Shown in pieces: positions 20,894 through 32,801 of a stretch of DNA of 64,000 nt; position 1 is the first letter of the stretch, and the number at the start of each line of letters is the position of its first letter. The notes below the pieces were generated by a model. The model was not told the DNA's origin, did not search any database, and was given only the letters and a program-made list of their open reading frames with translations. Where the stretch lies: the NCBI GenBank assembly GCA_035310985.1, contig DATGDH010000139.1, positions 95,214 to 159,213 on the forward strand, read 5' to 3'. A program made the translations under genes and the position numbers. This DNA is from Burkholderiales bacterium (lineage in GTDB: Bacteria; Pseudomonadota; Gammaproteobacteria; Burkholderiales; SG8-39).

Positions 20894-22087
20894 TTATGCG
20901 GCCGCGCCCGAGGCGACCAGCGCCTCGATCTCGCCCGCGGAGAAGTCGAACTCGGCGAGCACCTCGCGCGTGTGCTGGCCGTAGGTAGGTGCCGGGCGCT
21001 TCACCGCGCCCGGCGTGGCGGAGAGTTTGATCGGCAGCCCGAGCGCCCGCGTCCTGCCCGCCTTCGGGTGCTCGAGCTCGACCACCATGTCGCGCGCCCC
21101 GGTCTGCGGGTCGGCGAGCATGTCGCCGATCGAATTGATCGGGCCGCAGGGCACGCCCTCTGCCTCGAGCATCTCGATCCACTCGCGCACCGTGCGCTGC
21201 TCGAGCTTGGCATTGACGAGCGGCACCAGCGCATCGAGATTATTCATGCGATCGCTGTTCGCGCGAAAGCGCTCGTCGGCAAGCCACTCGGGCGCCTCCA
21301 GCACGCGCGCCAGACGCTCCCAGTTCGGCTGGTTGGCGCCGCCGATGGTGAGCCAGCCGTCGCGCGCCCGGAAAGCCTGGTAGGGGGCCGAGAGCAGATG
21401 CGCCGAGCCGATCGGGCCGGGCGACTGCCCGGTGGCGAAGAAGATCGCCGATTGCCAGTAGGTCTGCTGGATGCCGGCCTCGTAGAGCGAGGTGTCCACC
21501 AGCTGGCCCTCGCCGCTCTTCAGGCGGTGCACATAGGCCGAAACGATGCCGAGCGCCGCGAGGATGCCGCCGTTGATGTCGCAGATCGGGTTGCCCGACT
21601 TGACCGGCGGGCGACCCGGTTCCCCCGTGATCGCCATCAGGCCGGACGCGCCTTGGGCGACGAGGTCGAAGCCGCCCTTGTCGGCGTAGGGCCCGGTGCG
21701 CCCGTATCCGGAGATCGAGCAGTAGATGAGCGCGGGATTGAGCGGCTTCAGCGCGTCGTAGCCCAGGCCGAGCTTCTCCATCGTGCCCTTGCGGTAGTTC
21801 TCGGTGAGGACGTCGACCCGCCCGACCATGCGCTTGAGCGCGTCGCGCGCTGCGGGCAGCTTGAGATTCAGCGCAATGCCGCGCTTGTTGCGGTTCATCG
21901 CCATGAAAGCGGCCGACTCGCCGTTCACCGAAGGCCGGTTCATGGCGCGCGTATCGTCGCCGCCCGGCATCTTCTCGACCTTGATGACGTCGGCGCCGAG
22001 ATCGGCGAGCAGCATGCCGCAGGTCGGCCCGGCCATGATCTGCGCGAGCTCGAGTACTTTGAGGCCGGCGAGCGGACCCGCACTCAT
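20894..22087 (-). CDS. Family III CoA-transferase (CaiB/BaiF family), second copy
   Basis: 397 aa, GPLAGLKVLELAQIMAGPTCGMLLADLGADVIKVE...GGFDLVAQGASGLM. Confidence 0.88.
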   Translation of the reverse strand: MSAGPLAGLKVLELAQIMAGPTCGMLLADLGADVIKVEKMPGGDDTRAMNRPSVNGESAAFMAMNRNKRGIALNLKLPAARDALKRMVGRVDVLTENYRKGTMEKLGLGYDALKPLNPALIYCSISGYGRTGPYADKGGFDLVAQGASGLMAITGEPGRPPVKSGNPICDINGGILAALGIVSAYVHRLKSGEGQLVDTSLYEAGIQQTYWQSAIFFATGQSPGPIGSAHLLSAPYQAFRARDGWLTIGGANQPNWERLARVLEAPEWLADERFRANSDRMNNLDALVPLVNAKLEQRTVREWIEMLEAEGVPCGPINSIGDMLADPQTGARDMVVELEHPKAGRTRALGLPIKLSATPGAVKRPAPTYGQHTREVLAEFDFSAGEIEALVASGAAA

Positions 22088-23280
22088 GCGGCGGCGCGCA
22101 CCCGGTCCCGGTGTGCCGACTCGAGGTATTGGATCGCCGCCTGCACGCCCTCCCTTTTCACCGGGCAGCCGGCGAGCGCGAGCCCCATCTCGACTCCGGC
22201 GAGCGTGCCGACGAGCGTGAGGTCGTTGAAATCGCCCAGGTGACCGATGCGGAACACCTTGCCGGCGAGCTTGCCGAGTCCCGTGCCGAGGGACATGTCG
22301 AAGTGCTCGAGCACCGTCTGGCGCACCCTGTCGGCGTCATGCCCGGGCGGCATCAGCGCGGCGGTAAGCGACGCGGAGTATTCCGACGGATCCAGTGCCA
22401 GTACTTCGAGCCCCCACGCGCGCACCGCGCGGCGCGTCGCCTCGGCGTGGCGCTGGTGGCGCGCGAACACGTTCGCGAGCCCCTCCTCCTCGAGCATTGC
22501 GATCGCCTCGCGTAGCCCGTAGAGCAGGTTGGTCGACGGCGTATACGGGAAGAAGCCGTTCTTGCCGCTGGCGAGCATTTCGTCCCACGCCCAGTAGCTG
22601 CGCGGCAGCGACGCGCTGCGCGAGGCCGTCAGCGCCTTGGCCGACACGCAATTGAACGACAGCCCCGGCGGCAGCATCAACCCCTTCTGCGAGCCGGCCA
22701 CGGTGACGTCTACACCCCATTCGTCATGACGATAATCGATCGACGCGAGCGACGAGATCGTATCGACCATGAAAAGCGCGGGGTGCGCGGAAGAATCGAT
22801 GGCGCGCCGCACCTCCCCGATGCGCGAGGTGACCCCGGTAGAAGTTTCGTTGTGTACGACGCATACCGCCTTGATGTGCCGCTCAGCGTCGCTTCGCAGC
22901 CGCTGCTCGATCGCAGCGGGATCCGCGCCGTGGCGCCAATCGCCCGGCAGGAACTCGGGCTTCAGGCCGAGGCGCTCGGCGAGCTTGCGCCACAGCACGG
23001 CGAACTGACCCGTCTCCGCCATGAGCACGACGTCGCCGGGCGAAAGCGTGTTCACCAGGGCTGCTTCCCAGGCTCCCGTGCCGGAGGCGGGATAGATGAC
23101 GACCTCTCCGGAGGCGCTCTTGAAGATGCGCCTCATGCCGGCGAGCACCGCCTTGCCGAGTTCGGCGAACTCGGGCCCGCGGTGATCTATGGTCGGCCGA
23201 TCGATCGCTCGCAGGACGCGGTCGGGCACATTGGTCGGTCCAGGAATCTGCAGGAAATGGCGTCCGGCGGTCCGTGCCAT
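22084..23280 (-). CDS. Class V aminotransferase, serine--glyoxylate / alanine--glyoxylate aminotransferase-like
   Basis: RHFLQIPGPTNVPDRVL...HNETSTGV...SQKGLMLPPG (PLP-Lys context). The start at 23280 (MARTAG...) is preferred over 23325. Its stop overlaps the downstream CoA-transferase start (ATGA). Confidence 0.88.
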   Translation of the reverse strand: MARTAGRHFLQIPGPTNVPDRVLRAIDRPTIDHRGPEFAELGKAVLAGMRRIFKSASGEVVIYPASGTGAWEAALVNTLSPGDVVLMAETGQFAVLWRKLAERLGLKPEFLPGDWRHGADPAAIEQRLRSDAERHIKAVCVVHNETSTGVTSRIGEVRRAIDSSAHPALFMVDTISSLASIDYRHDEWGVDVTVAGSQKGLMLPPGLSFNCVSAKALTASRSASLPRSYWAWDEMLASGKNGFFPYTPSTNLLYGLREAIAMLEEEGLANVFARHQRHAEATRRAVRAWGLEVLALDPSEYSASLTAALMPPGHDADRVRQTVLEHFDMSLGTGLGKLAGKVFRIGHLGDFNDLTLVGTLAGVEMGLALAGCPVKREGVQAAIQYLESAHRDRVRAAA

Positions 23281-23338
23281 ATTGGCTCCTCGATTGAATG
23301 CAAAAGCGCCCATATTGCGCAACATTACGGGCGGGCCC

Positions 23339-23368
23339 TTGCGCTTTGCGTGGCACTTTTTGTATTAT
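23339..23368 (+). promoter_or_regulatory. Candidate sigma70-type promoter for the GntR gene: TTGCGC-N18-TATTAT
   Basis: Hexamers read at 23339-23344 and 23363-23368. The predicted TSS is ~20 nt before the ATG at 23396, which has a GGAGAGG SD. Confidence 0.3.
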
Positions 23369-23395
23369 GCATGCGATATGGGAGAGGCGCAAGCC

Positions 23396-24082
23396 ATGGG
23401 ATCGATCGAAGAGCTATCCGCCCCGAAAATCTCGCGCCGTCCCCTGCACGAGGAGGTGGTCGACCAGCTGCGCGATCTGATCGTGCAAGGGCGGCTGGCG
23501 CCGGGCACGCGCCTGAATGAGCGGGTGCTTACCGGTCAGCTCGGGATTTCGCGCACGCCGCTGCGCGAGGCGATCAAGCTGTTGGCGGCAGAAGGCCTGG
23601 TCGAGCTCCTGCCGAACCGCGGCGCGATTGTGGCGCCGCTCGATGCAGCGCGCGTGACGCAGACGCTGCAAGTGATAGGTGCGCTGGAGGGCTTGTCCGG
23701 CGAGCTCGCGTGCGCGCACGCGAGCGACGAGCAGCTTTCCGAGGTACGCGCGCTGCACTACGAGATGCTTGCGATGCACGCGCGCGGCGACCTCGCCGGC
23801 TACTTCAGATGCAACCAGGCGATTCACCTGAAAATCGTCGAGGCGGCGGGCAACGCGGTGCTGGCAAATACCTACCGCCAACTGAACGACTACGCGCGCC
23901 GGGTGCGCTACATGGCGAACCTGTCCAAGGAGCGCTGGGACGCCGCGGTGCGCGAGCACGAGGAGATTCTCCGCGCGCTCGCCGAGCGGGATGCACCGCG
24001 CCTCAAGGCGCTGCTGCGCGACCACCTGGACGGCAAGCTCGGGGCGGCGCTCGGCGCGCTCTCAGAACGACAGGCGGCATGA
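23396..24082 (+). CDS. GntR-family transcriptional regulator (FadR/FCD subfamily)
   Basis: Winged HTH LNERVLTGQLGISRTPLREAIKLLAAEGLV followed by an all-helical FCD-like C-terminus. An alternative start is at 23378. Confidence 0.85.
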   Translation: MGSIEELSAPKISRRPLHEEVVDQLRDLIVQGRLAPGTRLNERVLTGQLGISRTPLREAIKLLAAEGLVELLPNRGAIVAPLDAARVTQTLQVIGALEGLSGELACAHASDEQLSEVRALHYEMLAMHARGDLAGYFRCNQAIHLKIVEAAGNAVLANTYRQLNDYARRVRYMANLSKERWDAAVREHEEILRALAERDAPRLKALLRDHLDGKLGAALGALSERQAA

Positions 24083-26910
24083 GCCACGCAGCGCTTGCCG
24101 CGCGCCTGGCGAAAGAGGTAGACGGCGAGATTCTGTTCGACCGTGCGAGCCGCGCACGCTACGCGACCGACGCCTCGATCTATCAGATCGAGCCGATCGG
24201 CGTGGTCGTGCCGCGCAATGAAGAGGCGGCGCGCGCCGCGGTGGAAATCGCCGTCGGGGAAGGTGTACCGATCCTGCCGCGGGGCGCCGGCAGCTCGCAA
24301 TGCGGGCAAACGGTGGGCGCGGCGCTGGTCATCGACCATTCCAAGTACCTGAACGGCCTCGTCGAGCTGGACGTCGAGCGGCGCAGCGCGCTCGTGCAGC
24401 CCGGCATCGTGCTCGACCGGCTAAACGCACAGCTGCGCAAGCACGGGCTGTGGTTCCCGGTCGACGTCTCGACCAGCGCGCAGGCCACGCTCGGCGGCAT
24501 GGCTGGCAACAATTCCTGCGGCTCGCGCTCGATCGCCTACGGCAACATGGTGCACAACGTGCACGCCATCGACGCGCTGCTCGCCGACGGACAGCGCTGG
24601 CGCTTTGCGCCGCTCGCGGAGGCCTCCGGTCCGGCCGGCTACCGCGACTTCGTCGGCAAGCTGCACGCCTTGTACGAGCGTGAGAAGGACGAAATCGCCG
24701 CGCGCCTGCCGAAGGTGCTGCGCAGGGTCGCCGGCTACAACCTGGATCATCTCGGTCCGCCGCACGCGAACGCGGCGCACCTGCTGGTCGGATCCGAGGG
24801 CACGCTCGCATTCTTCGAGCGCCTGCTGCTCAAGCTCAGCCCGCTGCCGCGCGCACGCGCACTGGGCGTCGTGCACTTCCCGAAGTTCTACGTCGCGATG
24901 GACTGCGCTCAGAATATCGTCAAGCTCGCGCCCTCCGCCGTCGAGCTCGTCGATCGCACTATGATCGAGCTGGCGCGCGAAATCGGCGCCTTCAAGACCA
25001 CGGTCGACACGTACATTCGCGGCGGCCCCGACGCCATCCTGCTGGTCGAGTTCTCGGGCGAGGAGCAGGCCAGGCAGCGCGCGAAGCTCGCCGAGCTCGT
25101 CGCGCTCATGGCCGACCTGGGTCTGCCGGGCAGCGTGGTCGAAGTCACCGACGCTCAGGCGCAGAAGGATATCTGGGAGGTCAGGAAGGCGGGCCTGAAC
25201 ATCATGATGTCGATGAAAGGCGACGGCAAGCCGGTGTCGTTCATCGAGGACTGCGCGGTGCCGCTCGAGCACCTCGCCGAGTACACCGACCGACTGACGC
25301 AGGTGTTCGCGAAGCACGGGACGCGCGGTACCTGGTACGCGCACGCTTCGGTCGGCTGCCTGCACGTGCGCCCGGTGCTCGACATGCGGCGCGATGGCGC
25401 GGAGAAGATGCGCGCCATCGCCGAAGAGGCCAGCGCGCTGGTCAAGCAGTACAAAGGCGCGTACTCGGGCGAGCACGGTGACGGGCTGGTGCGCTCGGAA
25501 TGGATCGCGCCGTTCCTCGGCCCCCGGCTGACGGCATGCCTTGCCGAGATCAAGTCGTGGCTCGATCCAAAGGGGCTCATGAATCCGGGCAAGATCGTCC
25601 AGCCGCCGCGCATGGACGAAAAGCGCCTGTTCCGCTTTCCGCCTGGCTACGCTACCAAGGTTCCTTACACGGAGCTCGACTGGAACGAATGGGGCGGCTG
25701 GGACAAGGCCGTCGAGATGTGCAACAACAACGGCCATTGCCGCAAGTTCGACGCAGGCACCATGTGCCCCTCGTACCGCGTTACGCAGGACGAGGCGCAT
25801 GTCACCCGGGGGCGCGCGAACACGCTGCGCCTCGCGCTCGCGGGGCAGCTCGAATTCGACGACGTCGGCGAGGCGCTCGAGCTGTGCGTGTCGTGCAAGG
25901 GCTGCAAGCGCGAGTGTCCGACCGGCGTCGACATGGCGCGCATGAAAATCGAATACCTTGCGCAACACCGCACGCGTCACGGCCTCGCGCTGCGCGAGCG
26001 CATGGTTGCGTACTTGCCGCGCTACGCTCCTCTCGCCGCGCGCCTGGCGCCGCTAGCCAATCTGCTGCAGTCGCTCCCCGGGCGCGAGCGCATCGCGGGC
26101 ATCTCGGCGAAGCGCTCACTGCCGAAATGGCGCCGCGACCCGTTCGTCGACCGCGTGCGCACCGTATCGGGACGACGCGAGGTGGTGCTGTTCGTCGACA
26201 CGTTCAGCCGCTGGTTCGAGCCCGAGAACGCGCGCGCCGCGCTGCGCGTGCTGGATGCGGCAGGCTACCGCGTGCACGTCGCGCAGCCCCCTGAGGGTGA
26301 GCGGCCGCTGTGCTGCGGCAGGACGTTTCTCTATGCGGGCCTGGTCGGCGAGGCGCGCGAAGAGGCGCGCCGCATGCTCGACGCGCTGGCGCCCTGGCGC
26401 GAGCGCCGCGTGCCGATCGTCGGGCTGGAGCCCTCTTGCCTGTACACGCTGCGCGACGAGTTCAAGGCGATGATCCCCGGCCACGAGACGAGCGAGCTTG
26501 CCTCGCAGGCGATGCTGTTCGAGGAGTTCATCGCGCGCGAAGCGGATTCCGGAAGACTGTCCCTGGTGATGCGCTCGGTGCCGCGCACGGCGCTGCTGCA
26601 CGGCCACTGCCACCAGAAGGCATTTGGGGCGATGCCTGCCACCGAACGCGCGCTCGCGCTGGTGCCCGATCTCAAGGTGACGACCATCGAGTCGAGCTGC
26701 TGCGGCATGGCGGGCGCTTTCGGCTACGAGGCCGAGCACTACGAGATGTCGCTCAAGATGGGCGAAGCCGGGCTGCTGCCGGCCGTGCGCGCTGCGCCCG
26801 CGGACGCCCTGCTGGTGGCGGACGGGACGAGTTGCCGGCACCAGATCGCCGACGGCACCGGGCGCCGCGCGGTTCACGCCGCGCGCATGCTCGCAGCGGC
26901 CCTCCCCTAG
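24079..26910 (+). CDS. Fused FAD-linked oxidase (GlcD-like) / 4Fe-4S / CCG-domain (GlcF/GlpC-like) dehydrogenase, YdiJ-like
   Basis: 943 aa with FAD-binding PCMH region ([11 protein letters not shown]), ferredoxin-type Cys clusters ([18 protein letters not shown]; [12 protein letters not shown]), and two CCG-type repeats ([15 protein letters not shown]). The ATG at 24079 overlaps the GntR stop. Confidence 0.88.
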   Translation: MSHAALAARLAKEVDGEILFDRASRARYATDASIYQIEPIGVVVPRNEEAARAAVEIAVGEGVPILPRGAGSSQCGQTVGAALVIDHSKYLNGLVELDVERRSALVQPGIVLDRLNAQLRKHGLWFPVDVSTSAQATLGGMAGNNSCGSRSIAYGNMVHNVHAIDALLADGQRWRFAPLAEASGPAGYRDFVGKLHALYEREKDEIAARLPKVLRRVAGYNLDHLGPPHANAAHLLVGSEGTLAFFERLLLKLSPLPRARALGVVHFPKFYVAMDCAQNIVKLAPSAVELVDRTMIELAREIGAFKTTVDTYIRGGPDAILLVEFSGEEQARQRAKLAELVALMADLGLPGSVVEVTDAQAQKDIWEVRKAGLNIMMSMKGDGKPVSFIEDCAVPLEHLAEYTDRLTQVFAKHGTRGTWYAHASVGCLHVRPVLDMRRDGAEKMRAIAEEASALVKQYKGAYSGEHGDGLVRSEWIAPFLGPRLTACLAEIKSWLDPKGLMNPGKIVQPPRMDEKRLFRFPPGYATKVPYTELDWNEWGGWDKAVEMCNNNGHCRKFDAGTMCPSYRVTQDEAHVTRGRANTLRLALAGQLEFDDVGEALELCVSCKGCKRECPTGVDMARMKIEYLAQHRTRHGLALRERMVAYLPRYAPLAARLAPLANLLQSLPGRERIAGISAKRSLPKWRRDPFVDRVRTVSGRREVVLFVDTFSRWFEPENARAALRVLDAAGYRVHVAQPPEGERPLCCGRTFLYAGLVGEAREEARRMLDALAPWRERRVPIVGLEPSCLYTLRDEFKAMIPGHETSELASQAMLFEEFIAREADSGRLSLVMRSVPRTALLHGHCHQKAFGAMPATERALALVPDLKVTTIESSCCGMAGAFGYEAEHYEMSLKMGEAGLLPAVRAAPADALLVADGTSCRHQIADGTGRRAVHAARMLAAALP

Positions 26911-27683
26911 CCTCGGTGCCGGGTCCAGGCGAACAGCGCGAGGCCCGCGACGATCATCGGCAGGCTGAGCCACTGGCCCATGGTGAGGTGCAGCGCAAGG
27001 TAGCCGAGAAAGTCGTCCGGCTCGCGCGCGAACTCGGCGAGGAAGCGGAACGTGCCGTAGCCGATTAGGAACAGCGCCGACACCTGGCCGCGCGGGCGCG
27101 GCTTGGACGAGAACCACCACAGGATCGCGAACAGGGTAACGCCCTCGAGCGCGAATTCGTACAGCTCGGAAGGGTGCCGCGGCAGGGGGCCTGCGCCGGG
27201 AAACACCATGCCCCAGGGCAGCGTGGTGACGCGGCCCCACAGTTCGCCATTGATGAAGTTGCCGAGCCGTCCGGCCGCAAGTCCGATTGGACACAGCGGA
27301 GCGACGAAGTCCATCAGTGCCCACCAGCTGACGTGGTACTTGCGCGCGGCGAACGCCATCGCAGCGAGCACGCCGAGGAAGCCCCCGTGGAAGGACATGC
27401 CGCCGTGCCACACGGCGAAGATCTCCAGCGGGTGGGAAAAGTAATAAGCCGGCTTGTAGAACAGCACGTAGCCCAGCCGTCCGCCGAGGATCACGCCCAG
27501 TACCGCAAAGAACAGCAGGTCGTCGAACTGGGCGCGCGTGACCGGTGCGGCTCCGGCCTTGATGCGCCGCCCTCCAAGCCACCAGCCGGCGGCGAAGCCG
27601 GCGAGATACATAAGGCCGTACCAGCGCACGGCCAGCGGGCCGAGCCTGAATGCGACCGGATTGATGTCGGGATGAACCAGCAC
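26907..27683 (-). CDS. lgt: Prolipoprotein diacylglyceryl transferase
   Basis: 258 aa from the GTG at 27683: [30 protein letters not shown]...[11 protein letters not shown]...HGGMSFHGG...[13 protein letters not shown]. The upstream part of track ORF 26907..28142 is not Lgt-like. Confidence 0.88.
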   Translation of the reverse strand: MLVHPDINPVAFRLGPLAVRWYGLMYLAGFAAGWWLGGRRIKAGAAPVTRAQFDDLLFFAVLGVILGGRLGYVLFYKPAYYFSHPLEIFAVWHGGMSFHGGFLGVLAAMAFAARKYHVSWWALMDFVAPLCPIGLAAGRLGNFINGELWGRVTTLPWGMVFPGAGPLPRHPSELYEFALEGVTLFAILWWFSSKPRPRGQVSALFLIGYGTFRFLAEFAREPDDFLGYLALHLTMGQWLSLPMIVAGLALFAWTRHRG

Positions 27684-27717
27684 GGTAGAATCGAATTCTA
27701 TCGTCGGGAGGAAAGTC

Positions 27718-29394
27718 ATGTCTGACAACCGCAGGAGCCGGCTCATCACGCAGGGCGTCGTGCGCTCGCCGAACCGGGCGATGCTGCGCGCCGTGGGCTT
27801 CAAGGACGGGGACTTCGACAAACCGATCGTCGGCGTCGCAAACGGCCACTCGACCATGAACCCCTGCAACGCCGGCATCCAGCCGCTGGTCGACCGCGCG
27901 ATCGCCGCGCTCGAGGCAGCGGGCGCGAAGCCGCAGGTCTTCGGATTTCCCACGGTGACCGACGGCATCGGCATGGGCACCGAGGGGATGAAGTTTTCGC
28001 TCGTATCGCGCGAGGTGATCGCCGATTCGATCGAGGTGGCGGTGAACGGCCAGCTGATGGACGGTGTAGTGTGCGTCGGCGGCTGCGACAAGAACATGCC
28101 GGGCAGCATGATGGCGATGGCGCGCATCAACGTTCCCGGCATCTTCGTCTACGCAGGGACCATCAAGCCCGGATTCTGGAAAGGCCAGAAGCTCACGATC
28201 GTCAGCCCATTCGAGGCGGTCGGCGCGTTTACCGCGGGCAAGATGTCGCAGGAGGACTTCGACGGCATCGAGCGCAACGCCTGTCCGAGCGTGGGCGCCT
28301 GCGGCGGCCAGTACACGGCAAATACCATGAGCTCGTCTTTCGAGGCACTCGGCATGAGCCTGCTCGGCTCATCTCAGATGGCTTCGCCGGACGCGGAGAA
28401 GGCCGATTCGGCTGCCGAGTCGGCGCGCGTGCTCGCGCGCGCGGTGCACGCGAACCTGCGGCCGCGCGACATCATCACCAAGAAGTCGATCGAGAACGCC
28501 ATCACGCTCGTCATGGCGACTGGGGGCTCGACCAACGCGGTGCTGCACTATCTGGCGATCGCGGCCGCCGCGGGCGTGCGCTGGACGATCGACGACTTCG
28601 AGCGCGTGCGGCGCAAGGTGCCGGTGCTGTGCGAGCTCAAGCCGTCCGGGCGCTTCGTCGCAACCGACTTCCACGCCGCAGGCGGCGTGCCGCAGGTGCT
28701 CAAGATCCTGCTCGAGCACGGCCTGCTGCACGGCGAGTGCATGACGATCCACGGCAGGACCATGGCGGAGATGCTGAAGGACGTGCCCTCCGAGCCGCGC
28801 GCCGATCAGGAAGTCATCCGGCCGTGGTCGAACCCGATGTACAAGCAGGGCCACCTCGCGATCCTCAAGGGCAACCTCGCCACCGAGGGCTGCGTGGCGA
28901 AGATCACCGGCCTTAAGAAGACCTCGATCACCGGCCCGGCACGAGTATTCGACTCCGAGCCCGCGGCGATGAAGGCGATCATGGCGAAGAGAATCAAGCC
29001 CGGCGACGTGATTGTGATCCGCTACGAGGGGCCGAAAGGCGGTCCAGGCATGCAGGAGATGTTGGCACCCACTTCGGCGCTTATCGGCCAGGGACTAGGC
29101 GAATCGGTTGGCCTGCTCACCGACGGGCGTTTCTCGGGCGGTACCTGGGGCATGGTGGTCGGCCACGTGGCGCCGGAGGCCTACGTCGGCGGCACGATCG
29201 CGCTGGTGAAGGACGGCGATTCGGTCACCATCGATGCAGGAAAGCGCCTTATTCAGCTAAACGTCCCGGCCAAGGAACTCGCCGCACGCAGGAAAAAGTG
29301 GAAGGCGCCTAAGCCACGCTACACGCGCGGCGTGCTCGCTAAGTACATGAAGTTGGTGTCGACAGCCTCCAAGGGCGCGATCACCGACGATTCC

Positions 29395-29403
<9 letters not shown>
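27718..29403 (+). CDS. ilvD: Dihydroxy-acid dehydratase
   Basis: 561 aa with conserved IlvD/Edd blocks (CDKNMPG, ...TDGRFSGGT...). Confidence 0.96.
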
Positions 29404-30882
<1,479 letters not shown>

Positions 30883-30929
30883 GCGGCGCGAAATTGTATC
30901 AACCGCGACGCGCGTGCCAGAATTCCGGC

Positions 30930-32066
30930 ATGAATCCGCTCCTTTTCGCGCCGATCACCCTTCGCAGAGTAACCGCGCGCAACAGGGCCGTCATCTCACC
31001 GATGTGCACCTATTCGGCGGCGGACGGCATGGCGCAGGACTGGCACCTGGTGCACCTGGGCAAGTTCGCCCTGGGCGGCGCCGGCATCGTGTTCGTCGAG
31101 GCGACCGCAGTCGAGGCGCGCGGCCGCATCACGCACGGCTGCCTCGGCATCTGGTCCGATGCGCACGCGCGCGCGCTCGGGCGTATCGCGCCGTTTCTCA
31201 AGGCGCACGGCGCGCTGCCCGCGATCCAGCTCGCGCACGCGGGACGAAAGGCGAGCATGCAGCGTCCCTGGTTTGGCAACGGCCCCCTCGGACCCGAGGA
31301 CGCGGCGCGCGGCGACCGGTCCTGGCAGATCGTCGGCCCGACCGCCGAGCCCGCGGCGGAAGGCTGGCTCGCGCCGCACGCCATGACGCGCGTCGACATC
31401 GACGAGGTCGTCGGCGCCTTCGCCGCCGCGGCGCGGCGCGCGCACGCAGCGGGCTTCGATATCGTCGAGCTGCACGGCGCGCACGGTTACCTGATCCACA
31501 GCTTCCTTTCGCCGTTGTCCAACACCCGCAGCGACGGCTACGGCGGCGCGCTCGGCGGGCGAATGCGCCTCGCGCTCGAGGTGGTCGACGCGGTGCGCGC
31601 GGCCTGGCCGGCGGACAAGCCCCTCTTCTTTCGCATCTCGTCGGTCGACGGCGTCGGCGGCCCCGGCTGGAAGATCGAGGACTCGATCGAGCTCGCGCGC
31701 GCGCTGAAGGCGCATGGCGTCGACGTGATCGACTGTTCCTCGGGCGGTATCTCGGGCCCGGTGACTTCGGCCATGGTGCCGCGCGAGCTCGGCTTTCAGG
31801 TGCCGTATGCGGCCGCCGTGCGCCGCGAGGCGGCCATCGCCACGCAGGCGGTCGGGCTGATCCTCGATGGGCCGCAGGCCGAGGCGATCCTGCAATCCGG
31901 AGCGGCTGACCTCGTCGCGGTGGCGCGCGAGGCGCTGGTCGATCCGTTTTGGGCGCATCACGCGGCGCGCGCGCTCGGCGTCGACGCCGATTTCGGCGGC
32001 TGGCCGGAACAGTACGGCTGGTGGCTGAAACGCCGTGCGAAGCTGCTCGCGGCCATCGGCCGCTAG
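30930..32066 (+). CDS. NADH:flavin oxidoreductase, Old Yellow Enzyme family (YqjM/NamA-like)
   Basis: 378 aa, LFAPITLRRVTARNRAVISPMCTYSA...HLGKFALGGAG...IQLAHAGRKAS...ELHGAHGYLIHSFLSP. Confidence 0.9.
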   Translation: MNPLLFAPITLRRVTARNRAVISPMCTYSAADGMAQDWHLVHLGKFALGGAGIVFVEATAVEARGRITHGCLGIWSDAHARALGRIAPFLKAHGALPAIQLAHAGRKASMQRPWFGNGPLGPEDAARGDRSWQIVGPTAEPAAEGWLAPHAMTRVDIDEVVGAFAAAARRAHAAGFDIVELHGAHGYLIHSFLSPLSNTRSDGYGGALGGRMRLALEVVDAVRAAWPADKPLFFRISSVDGVGGPGWKIEDSIELARALKAHGVDVIDCSSGGISGPVTSAMVPRELGFQVPYAAAVRREAAIATQAVGLILDGPQAEAILQSGAADLVAVAREALVDPFWAHHAARALGVDADFGGWPEQYGWWLKRRAKLLAAIGR

Positions 32067-32151
32067 CTACGAACCAAAGTCTTCGGTTCACTCTGCATCG
32101 TTATCGGTCTCATACAATAAGCGGATTTAAGTACTCCCTGATCAACTTTGT

Positions 32152-32484
32152 ATGAGCTGGGCAGAATTTGTTCTTTGGCTAACCTACGGTTTTTCGTTCG
32201 GCGCAGTAATACTTGTAAATCTGATTCTCTATTCGACGATTCTTCGTCCGCCGGTTAAAGGCGCGTCGCCGACGGAGCAAATACGCACCTTTGTATTGCG
32301 CCTTCCATTCGCTGTGGTTGGTATCGTCAGTCTTATGCCTCTACGGCCTCTTCGTCTTGCTTATGACCAGCATGAATTGGCGGGAGCCATCATTTTCCTT
32401 TGCTTCGTGGTGTTGACGGTTGTTATTGGTCTGAAAGTCTTGCTTCCGCGCTTCGTTACCATCAAGACAATGACCGACGACTAA
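32152..32484 (+). CDS. Hypothetical small membrane protein (3 predicted TM helices) in the low-GC islet
   Basis: 110-aa ORF with three hydrophobic ~20-aa spans and AT-rich codon usage unlike the flanks. I recognise no family. Confidence 0.45.
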   Translation: MSWAEFVLWLTYGFSFGAVILVNLILYSTILRPPVKGASPTEQIRTFVLRLPFAVVGIVSLMPLRPLRLAYDQHELAGAIIFLCFVVLTVVIGLKVLLPRFVTIKTMTDD

Positions 32485-32513
32485 CGCACCCTCATCTGCG
32501 CGAGAAACTGTAC

Positions 32514-32801
32514 TTGGAGCAATTGCTATTGGCTGTTGGTTATGGCTGGATGACTGGTAGCGCGCTTTTCTTGTTGAGTCTCTTCGTAAGGTTTCCTCGG
32601 GTGAATGGTCGGAGTGGATGGTTGTACCGACTGGTTCTTCTGATACCAGTCCCCGTCGTCCTCGTTGGGCTGGCTTTTATCGGAGACATCCTGTTCAAGT
32701 ACAAACGGATGGGAGTGGGCACTACCTATGTAGAAGCGGGTCTCGCTGCGGTTGTTGTATTCGCGCTTTGTTCGCGTGCACTACGAAATCGACAAAGGTG
32801 A
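32514..32801 (+). CDS. Hypothetical small membrane protein (3 predicted TM helices) in the low-GC islet
   Basis: The 3' part of track ORF 32400..32801 lies downstream of the preceding ORF's stop. The TTG at 32514 keeps the first hydrophobic helix intact (alternative ATG at 32550). The start is uncertain. Confidence 0.35.
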   Translation: MEQLLLAVGYGWMTGSALFLLSLFVRFPRVNGRSGWLYRLVLLIPVPVVLVGLAFIGDILFKYKRMGVGTTYVEAGLAAVVVFALCSRALRNRQR

